A DNA stretch of 64,000 nucleotides from Octopus bimaculoides (lineage: Eukaryota). Below the pieces are notes generated by a model that saw only the letters and a program-made list of their open reading frames with translations, was not told the origin of the DNA and searched no databases. Each line of letters begins with the position of its first letter. Positions within the stretch are counted from its first letter, which is position 1. The stretch is taken from the NCBI RefSeq assembly GCF_001194135.2, contig NC_068982.1:55822383-55886382 (forward strand). The letters are read 5' to 3'. This document shows, one piece after another, positions 56,400 to 64,000 of this stretch. The translations under genes and the position numbers were made by a program.

Positions 56400-56598
56400 T
56401 GATAAAAAAACATTCAGAGAAATGCATAACGAAAACACCAGGACTTGGAAGTAGTGCTACTAAGCACTGCACACATCCTACGTAAAACACATTCAATACA
56501 GCGAAAATAAGAGCACCACTACAAACCATAACACATACCCAAGGCAGACAGAGCTGCATTCGGTAGTCCAGTGAAAGCACGTGATAAAAATAAGACTA

Positions 56599-56684
<86 letters not shown>
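56400..56684 (+). mobile_element. 5'-truncated 3' tail of an R4/Dong-like LINE with (TAA)n tail
   Basis: ITKTPGL...VLLSTAHILRKTHSIQ-like coding end, a 3' UTR ending GATAAAAATAAGACTACTG, then (AAT)n running into an N-gap. Confidence 0.65.
56602..56684. repeat. (AAT)n microsatellite, representative of many microsatellites in the window
   Basis: Others include (GTAT)/(CTAT) 1-80, (TA)/(TG) 1497-1567, (AAT) 4227-4285, (CCT) 8019-8052, (CTA) 8382-8456, (GAA) 18533-18583, (CAG) 21183-21219, (GA) 26887-26949, (CA) 28777-28841, (GA) about 32150-32235 and (CA) 60259-60365. Confidence 0.95.
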
Positions 56685-57402
56685 NNNNNNNNNNNNNNNN
56701 NNNNNNNNNNNNNNNNNNNNNNNNNNNNNNNNNNNNNNNNNNNNNNNNNNNNNNNNNNNNNNNNNNNNNNNNNNNNNNNNNNNNNNNNNNNNNNNNNNNN
56801 NNNNNNNNNNNNNNNNNNNNNNNNNNNNNNNNNNNNNNNNNNNNNNNNNNNNNNNNNNNNNNNNNNNNNNNNNNNNNNNNNNNNNNNNNNNNNNNNNNNN
56901 NNNNNNNNNNNNNNNNNNNNNNNNNNNNNNNNNNNNNNNNNNNNNNNNNNNNNNNNNNNNNNNNNNNNNNNNNNNNNNNNNNNNNNNNNNNNNNNNNNNN
57001 NNNNNNNNNNNNNNNNNNNNNNNNNNNNNNNNNNNNNNNNNNNNNNNNNNNNNNNNNNNNNNNNNNNNNNNNNNNNNNNNNNNNNNNNNNNNNNNNNNNN
57101 NNNNNNNNNNNNNNNNNNNNNNNNNNNNNNNNNNNNNNNNNNNNNNNNNNNNNNNNNNNNNNNNNNNNNNNNNNNNNNNNNNNNNNNNNNNNNNNNNNNN
57201 NNNNNNNNNNNNNNNNNNNNNNNNNNNNNNNNNNNNNNNNNNNNNNNNNNNNNNNNNNNNNNNNNNNNNNNNNNNNNNNNNNNNNNNNNNNNNNNNNNNN
57301 NNNNNNNNNNNNNNNNNNNNNNNNNNNNNNNNNNNNNNNNNNNNNNNNNNNNNNNNNNNNNNNNNNNNNNNNNNNNNNNNNNNNNNNNNNNNNNNNNNNN
57401 NN
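56685..57402. other. Assembly gap (N run), one of 11
   Basis: Other gaps: 3115-3446, 8053-8179, 20551-21182, 27687-27890, 28842-28887, 36303-36386, 46279-46288, 52334-52528, 53542-53551, 55258-55931. Confidence 0.99.
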
Positions 57403-57493
57403 ATTAACAAATTAAAGTGAAATTGTAGAATTAATAAGTATAGTTGAGAAATACATATATATATATATATTCTGGTTACAACAACCGGCTTAC

Positions 57494-58283
57494 CTGTTTC
57501 TTTTTTGAAGAATGTGTTGGTTGTAGTCTTTATTTTTAGCTGTTCGTCTGTTGACCTTGCTGTTGACCCTGTTGGTATCTTTGTAGTTCTCATCTCCGTC
57601 AATGTCGACGTTGGCATTGAGAACTTTTCTTTCGTTTTGGTTAAAGGCTTCTTATTTTCCCACCATTTTGTTATTTTCCGTGGCCACCACTTCGTGTATA
57701 ATTTCGAAGTTGTTTTTCGATTATACAATTTGGTGAACATTGAACCCATTCTCTTAGTTTGAGTACCTAATGTGGATCTGAATACATTGTTCTTTGTAAT
57801 TAAATTTAACTTTGTTGTTATTGTTGTAGTGATTATTTTTGCTGTGGAAGATAATTTTGTTGATGATGTTGGCGCTGATGATGAGGACGTTATTTTTTTC
57901 ATGTTTGATGATGTTCGCCACCTTTTGGTATCCGATGTGGGAGAAAATGTAAATCTCTGTAGCAATGAAGTTGTTTTCTTTTTCAGTGTTATACAGTCGT
58001 CTTTTGGTGAGTTTAACCACACGCATACTTTATATTTTGAGGAAAAGACTGTATTTCCCGGACAAGTCATTTTCCAGGATCTACTCCCGAAACAAATATG
58101 GAATGCCTTGCAATCATTTGGATCCCGGATGTAGAGTTGAGTAAATGAAAATTTCGGACAGTAAGACATGTAAATTGATTTTTGAGGTTTCCGAGCATTG
58201 CACTCATTTACAAAGAAAAACAGAGATAAACCAAGAAAGACTACTGAATATTGCACAAGTCGTATCATACTCAAAACGTACAT
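57494..58283 (-). CDS. First coding exon: signal peptide + peritrophin-A (CBM14/ChtBD2) chitin-binding domain + Thr/Ser/Lys-rich linker
   Basis: ATG at 58283. The hydrophobic N-terminus MYVLSMIRLVQYSVVFLGLSLFFFVNECNA has a likely cleavage site after A30. Six Cys follow with spacing C-x15-C-x5-C-x9-C-x12-C-x9-C (CPKFSFTQLYIRDPNDCKAFHICFGSRSWKMTCPGNTVFSSKYKVCVWLNSPKDDC, 58160-57993), matching peritrophin-A. The exon ends at a strong phase-1 donor, ACAG|GTAAGC (intron starts 57493). An upstream acceptor TTCTATTTAATCAG| puts the exon start at 58301. Confidence 0.88.
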
Positions 58284-59441
58284 GATTTTTGGTTACTGGA
58301 ACTGATTAAATAGAATTTAAGAGAATGTTATTAACATTAATTTATCACAGCTGTGATTGAGACGATATATTTGAAGGTTAATCCGAAGACCTTCTTAGAA
58401 AATACTTTTGAATATATATAGAGTCAAGTGGTTTGTTTTTAGATTTCATTCAAAGATAGATATTTCAAAGTTTTCTTATTTTTGTAAAGATAGTGTTTTC
58501 TTTTGTAATTATTATTATCATTATTATTATCATAAAAGTCCACAGCCATAAAAACAAAAAGCTATTTCATAGTCACACTATGAATTATTTCGATACTTGA
58601 AACCGACAAGGTTCATACAGAAGAAAGAAACGTGCTTTCTCTGTTTTGTTTGCAAGATGTGAATGAAAGAAAAAGCAAACAGGGAAAAGGACGTCACAAA
58701 AATAATCTCTTTTTCATTGTTCCTTCTTTCTATTGCCTAGAGTTTCTGTTTAGTCTCCAGCGTCAGAGATAAATAAAGAATATGATCAGGAGAGGCATTC
58801 ACTCACTCCTGTTTATCTGGCTGCCGATGCAGCTATGGTCAATAGTCTAGCGTTGCTTGCTTTCTGGGCTCACTCGAATAACAAGACGTGTTGACTCACG
58901 GATTAAAATCTTTTCTCTCAGAAATACTCGCGTCGACATTGAATATATTTCACTTGGGACTCTCCTAACTAGAGAATAGATGTTGTGAAAACTCAACCTC
59001 ACCCCTGCGTTCGGTTTTCTTTAATCTGTTCTAATCTGTTTAACTAAGGCACATAGCTCTTCTCCTTTGCCTCTCACATTACAATTGTATATGAAGAGTA
59101 TGTGAAAATTCAGCTTGTGTTAAAAGTAAATGTCAATGAAGAGAGAGAGAAAGAGAGAGGAGAATATGATAGAGAGAGAGAGAGAGAAAAGGAGAGGAGA
59201 ATATGAAAGAGAGAGAATGAAAGTGTGAGAGGAGAAAGAAAAGGAGAGGGAAAGAAAGGAGGGAGGGTGAGAAAGACAATAGCTTTCTTGAAAAGCATTT
59301 ATTTTCTAGTTGAATAGAGGTGTTTGAAGAAGAGATATTAAAGCGGATGTTTTTAAATGTTTTCTTTAACATTTTAACATACGCATACACACAAGCGTAT
59401 AAAAACATTTTGTCTTTGTTTTCGTTTTTTTCCTATGTTAT

Positions 59442-59660
59442 TTGAAATACCAGAGAAAATATCTTTATCGTAGTTTCTTTATGGTTTTTGTAACTCAATT
59501 CTTACTAAAAAAAAACTTATTTCGATTCTTCTACACAACTTTTTTCTCAGACATTAAAAACTTCCCATGGTCCGATCGATCAGTTCAGTTTAATGAAGAT
59601 CGATTGAAGCAGATCATCCACGGATTCGCTCTAATCCACTAGAGATTTTGGCTTAACAGA
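59442..59660 (+). mobile_element. Mariner transposase N-terminal (HTH) remnant
   Basis: DIKNFPWSDRSVQFNEDRLKQIIH resembles the mariner L.D.PRSGRP..FDED.L..LI motif. Confidence 0.5.
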
Positions 59661-59833
59661 TGGGAATTTTCTCAAGAGAGCGTGACCCGGCAGTCGATGC
59701 GGAAGGCCTAAAAACTCGTTGTTTGAGTGCCACACACTGAACTGAAAAGACAAACTCCAGCGCTTCTCTACTGCTGCCAGTTTACTAGCAAGACACAATG
59801 CAACACATGGAACACAAACAGAGATTTCTTTAC

Positions 59834-59901
59834 CTACATCTTCACCAGTTATGAAAAGTGGTGCTCTCGTATGACTATGAAGCAGAGGAAAGAATGACTG
59901 A
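59834..59901 (-). promoter_or_regulatory. Candidate initiator (TCAGTC) and short non-coding first exon of the chitin-binding protease gene
   Basis: On the minus strand, TCAGTC at 59901-59896 matches the invertebrate Inr TCAGTY. About 65 nt later is the donor-like GATGTAG|GTAAAG (59834/59833). The ATG exon has its own acceptor at 58302, so an upstream non-coding exon is expected. Motif-level evidence only. Confidence 0.3.
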
Positions 59902-60254
59902 GTCGTGAGGAAAGCAACACATACAGTCACAAGAGAATTGTAAACACAAAAGAAAATAATTTGCGTTTGGTGTGATTGGCAAGGGGTAATCGACTAGGAA
60001 ATACTTGCAAGCAGCAAGGACAATATGGAGCTTCATTATTCAGCAAACTCTACAGCTCATTGAGGCAACCCAAATGAAAGAACGAAGACGCGTTGCACAC
60101 ACGTTCAGAAATAAGTGCATACATACATGCCTGCGTAGTGTATAAATATGGGCATACATACGCACATACATACTTAAGTATAGATGTATCATAAGTATAA
60201 CGGATGTAAGTAGAATGCACGTGCATACGCAAGTAAAAACGTAAATACATACGT

Positions 60255-60338
<84 letters not shown>

Positions 60339-60383
60339 ACACACACGCACACACACACACACACAAATACAGAGACAAACTTT

Positions 60384-60610
60384 CCAGTTCAAATATGCTT
60401 GAAACATATTCGAACCCGCAAGAAAGCAATCTACAGTAGTTTGTTATGGAGAAATCTTCTCACTGTAGACAAATTGGCGTAAATACATCGAGTCAGCTCA
60501 CAGCGGCACCTAATCAGAGTGTAGGTTGCATGAATTTCGGAGTGGTTATCTCCTCTTCTACCACAGACACAAGAAAGAGTTCGGATGTATCTCAAGCATA
60601 TTTAAACTGG
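60384..60610. mobile_element. 227-bp element with about 34-bp imperfect terminal inverted repeats
   Basis: CCAGTTCAAATATGCTTGAAACATATTCGAACCC (60384-60417) versus the reverse complement of GAGTTCGGATGTATCTCAAGCATATTTTAAACTGG (60577-60610). Confidence 0.6.
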
Positions 60611-60856
60611 CAGCAAGTTTGTGTTCATATACGTCACTACTTAGTGACGTATATACCTAGCTACTTATGTACGTTGGTACACACAGATGTAGGTATGTAC
60701 GCACATAAGTACGTAATAAGCAGGTGCATATGTACGTACATAGATACGTACATGCGTACTAAATTCAGATGTATATACGTACCTGCGTATGGGAGTACAA
60801 ACTTATGTACATATAAAGTCCATGCTCGCAAGGACGTACATAAGTGTACATACATA

Positions 60857-61022
60857 CAGAGCCAGTTCAAGGTACCGGCAACTCGGGCAGTCGCCCTGGG
60901 CGCCATGTGTTAGGGGGCGTCAAGGAGGGTGTAACAAAGACGAGGAAATTTCCACAACTTTCAGTTTGTACACGCCGAAGTTCAACTTGCCAGGCGCGCC
61001 AGAAACCCTAGGGCCGGCTCTG
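60857..61022. mobile_element. GC-rich 166-bp MITE-like element with CAGAGCC...GGCTCTG termini
   Basis: Terminal inverted repeat CAGAGCCAGTTCAAGG / CCTAGGGCCGGCTCTG, inserted in low-complexity (TACA)n DNA. Confidence 0.5.
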
Positions 61023-61240
61023 TGTGCATACATAAGTGCATGCATTCGTACATACATGTATATACATGGACATACGTATGTGGAGAAGTGTGTAATACAT
61101 ACATAAACCGGGACGTACGTACGTAGAAAAGGACGTAGAGACTTAGGTGCAAACTCAGGTACACGCGAACGTACATACGTACAGGAAGAGTTACATGTTG
61201 AAGTACATACAGAAGTACATACAGAAGTACATACAGTAGT

Positions 61241-61626
61241 TTTGTTGGCACTCTGTCGCTTATGACGTCGAGGGTTCCAGTCGATCCGATCAACAGAACA
61301 GCCTGCTCGTGAAATTAACGTGCAAGTGACTGAGCACTCCACAGACACGTGTACCCTTAACGTAGTTCTCGGGGATATTCAGCGTGACACAGTGTGACAA
61401 GGCTGACCCCTTTGAATTATAGGCACAACAGAAACAGGAAGAAAGAGTGAGAGAAAGTTGTGGTGAAAGAGTACAGCAGGGTTCGTCACCATCCCCTGCC
61501 GGAGCCTCGTGGAGCTTTTAGGTGTTTTCGCTCAATAAACACCCACAACGTCCGGTCTGGGAATCGAAACCGCGATCCTATGGCCACGAGTCTGCTGCCC
61601 TAACCACTGGGCCATTGCGCCTCCAC
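61241..61626 (-). mobile_element. SINE family C, full length with 12-bp target-site duplication
   Basis: Reverse complement of 40550-40927 with high identity; flanks ACATACAGTAGT (61229-61240) and ACATACAGGAGT (61627-61638). Confidence 0.85.
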
Positions 61627-62221
61627 ACATACAGGAGTACGTACAAACATACGAGCGTGTATATACGTGCATAACTTCGTACGTAGATGGATAAGTAGAT
61701 CGTGTCTGCATACGTATGTACATGCGAAAGTACATATGTAGGTACATATGTACATGCATACGTACGTTGAGAGGTAAGTACATGCGTACATACAGACATA
61801 CTTACTTCCATACATACAGACATACGTACTTCCGTACATACAGACATACACACATACATACACACATACATACATACGTACATGCATACATACATAAAAG
61901 CACATGTAATCACAGACTTACGTATACAACTACGTACACAATAAGGGCAAAACCACGTGTAGATGTACGTACACACGCAAGAATATACAGACGTGCATGC
62001 GTATATCATTGGATATGCAAATATGTATAAATATAAATGTATACTTACTAACGTACTACATACGGATATACCTATGTGCACAGAAACATACGTAGATGTA
62101 TAGGTAGGTGTGTGCAGACGTTCATAAGGTGGCATGTACAGACATAGGTATAAATATGCGTGCATACACACGTAATTACGTACATACATACGTATATACA
62201 GTAATATATAAACTTGTTATT

Positions 62222-63010
62222 AGTTCAAATATGCTTGAGGCATATATGAATCCGTACGAGTTTAGATGACCCTGCAGAGCTTGGACGTCCCAGGACGGGC
62301 CTAGATGAGCCTGGACAGGATTGGAGGAGCATGGACGAAACTTTAGGACACTAGTAGAGATTCGACGGACTCGGTGGAGCCTGAATGAGCCTCGATGAGC
62401 TCTAATGTTCTTAGACGAGCTTATAGGTGCCTGGAGGATGATGGACGAGATGGGAGGAACTTGGAAGATTGTAGTCCTCGCTCGACGTGCCTGAGTCTAT
62501 TTAGATGCACCAGGACGATTTCAGACGTGTCTGCACGTACCCGGACAAGTCTGGATTATCCTGGACAAGCCGGGACAAGACTTGAACCTGGAGAAGCCTC
62601 GACGAACTTGGCCGAACCTGGATTAATCTGCACGAGTCTAGATGAATCAGTTGAATCAGGAAGATTCCTGTCCCACTTGGACGTAACGGCCAAGATTAGA
62701 AGATCTTTGACAAACGTGCACATGCTTGGACAATCGTGAACGATTTCACACTGGCTTGGACTAATCAGACTCGATAAGAGTTTTCCTGGACGAGACTGGA
62801 GGAGTCTGGACAAGTCTACACGAATCTGGTGGAAGCTGGACGGGCTCGCAAGACCTTGTACAAGCCTGTACGAGCATGGATAAGCCCGGACAAGTCTGGA
62901 GAACAGGAAACTCGAACATTCTTGATCAGGTTCGTAAGAACTCAACCAAACACATCCAGGCTCGTCCAGGCTCGTCCAGGCTCGTCCAGGCTCGTCCAGA
63001 CTCACCCGGG
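62222..63010. repeat. Degenerate 10-bp minisatellite (consensus CCTGGACGAG) that flips orientation near its right end
   Basis: About 60 degenerate decamers at 62280-62920, then near-perfect inverted CTCGTCCAGG units at about 62955-63005. The array is preceded by the same terminal sequence as 60384. Confidence 0.75.
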
Positions 63011-63084
63011 CTTATATATATACCTGTGCGAACACGCTATCTATAAGATAGCGTATTTTACATTGTATCAAATATTTGTGTAAT

Positions 63085-63757
63085 ATATATACATAAGTAT
63101 ACATATGGAATGCAGTAATTAAGAATGGAGCAGAAAAGTCTTCGCATCTGATATGGAGTAGCTGAAATAGTTGCAAACTCCATTGTCCAATAGTATTCAC
63201 GGTCATCATGTTCTGAACCCAGTTTCATTGCAGCCTCTTTGTAACTATGGCTAATTACACCATTAATAGTCCTCATATCGTCAAATGATGTAGCTCCGGG
63301 AATATGATATAGTAAAGCTCTCAGGTAGAATCATTCTTGTTCCTTTGGTGAAACATAGTAGATACGCCCAATTGAGTGTGTATTATTTTTTTCTGAGATG
63401 CCACATTTTCTCACTATTATTTCCACATGTAAAATTCAGGGAAATAAGTATAGTGTAATGTACGTGCAAATGAGTTAGCTGGTGATTCCTGGTTAACTCG
63501 CATCCATTCAGTGAGAGTGGACCTGTCATATGTGTGGATATAATCATCGTTATTAATGTAAATGTATTGCTGTTGGGGTAAGTGAACTGTAAGCTGTTGA
63601 ACTGCAGGATATGAACCATGTAATTTGAGCCTTAAGATCCTCCAGACTACCTCTGATGAGGATACATAGCGGCCATTGGTATGATTTTCAATTTCATCTT
63701 TGTGTGTTTGTAGTGCATTGGTTTGTCCACTAATATTGACTGCAAATGCAGCACGAA
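63085..63757 (-). mobile_element. Helitron Rep/helicase coding fragment (pseudogenised)
   Basis: DEIENHTNGRYVSSSEVVWRIL...YPAVQQLTVHLPQQQ...TLTEWM..N...ARTLHYTYFPEFYMW...YVSPKEQE*FYLRALL...GATSFDDMRTING...YKEAA.KLG..DD.E...QMRRLFCSIL..C.P; the conserved Helitron inter-domain segment, with stops and a frameshift. Confidence 0.88.
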
Positions 63758-63758
63758 G

Positions 63759-63812
63759 TTTTGTCAGTGAACAGGTCGCAGTTTCAGAGCAACGAAGATA
63801 TTTTGACACAAA
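63759..63812 (+). ncRNA. Hammerhead-like motif with swapped G3-C8 core (this copy carries A15.1>G)
   Basis: UUUUGUCA-GUGAACA-G-GUCGC-AGUUUCAGA-GCAAC-GAAG-AUAU-UU^-UGACA. Stem I is UGUCA/UGACA, stem II is GUCGC/GCAAC with one mismatch, and stem III is a minimal near-palindrome. Core GUGAACA is CUGANGA with a compensatory C3G/G8C exchange. Confidence 0.6.
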
Positions 63813-63993
63813 TTAAATTTAAATGTTGAAGTGAATCTAACGTTGTTTTTTTTGTGTGTGTTCTTAAATGGCTAACAAACATCTTCCACGTTGCAAATGT
63901 CTTTGAAAATTAAATGCTGAAGTGAATCTAACGGTTTCCTTTTTTTTTTGTTTTCCTTGAATGGCCAAGAAATGTCTTCGAAGCTGCAATTGC
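63813..63993 (+). repeat. Two tandem copies of the tail of the hammerhead-bearing repeat
   Basis: AAATGTTGAAGTGAATCTAACG...AATGGCTA...TTGCAA at about 63820-63895 and again at about 63910-63993; homologous to the arms at 25985-26072 and 34635-34712. Confidence 0.6.
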
Positions 63994-64000
63994 TATATAT

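Larger units (their letters stand above)
60620..62215. repeat. Cryptically simple (TACG/TACA/TATG) low-complexity tract
   Basis: Degenerate 4-bp periodicity rich in TAC/GTA/ACGT, interrupted by a MITE and a SINE; includes GAAGTACATACA x3 near 61200-61235. Confidence 0.65.

Noticed and set aside
56493-58283. 596-aa ORF in the supplied track
   Set aside because: It reads through a splice donor at 57493, a (TA)n tract, a 718-bp N-gap and an (AAT)n repeat. Only the first 263 codons are credible.
62395-63083. ORFs on both strands with SLDEPGRAWT-type repeats
   Set aside because: They are translations of the 10-bp minisatellite, which rarely contains stops.

Overview
Repeat-dense, AT-rich eukaryotic genomic DNA from a draft assembly with 11 N-gaps, mostly next to microsatellites. 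The SINE and microsatellite landscape resembles an octopus (coleoid cephalopod) genome; this is an inference, not a database result. I found one probable protein-coding locus, on the minus strand. An exon at 58283-57494 encodes a signal peptide, a six-cysteine peritrophin-A/CBM14 chitin-binding domain and a Thr/Lys-rich linker. An exon at 14767-14590, missed by the ORF track, encodes the start of a trypsin-family (S1A) serine protease (CG...Y-IIGG...WPWQVSL...CGG...TAAHC). The splice phases are compatible across a 42.7-kb intron. The Asp and Ser catalytic exons were not found in the window. The rest is tRNA-derived SINEs, decayed LINEs (R4/Dong-like, RTE, CR1/L2-like), a Helitron fragment, a mariner remnant, MITEs and microsatellites. 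The most unusual signals are two hammerhead ribozyme families. One is a core-intact type I hammerhead at 30094-30041, lying in the sense strand of the inferred long intron. The other is a dispersed family with a swapped G3-C8 core (63759, 34588, and two decayed copies near 25900-25984). There is also a foldback-like array of 10-bp repeats at 62222-63010.
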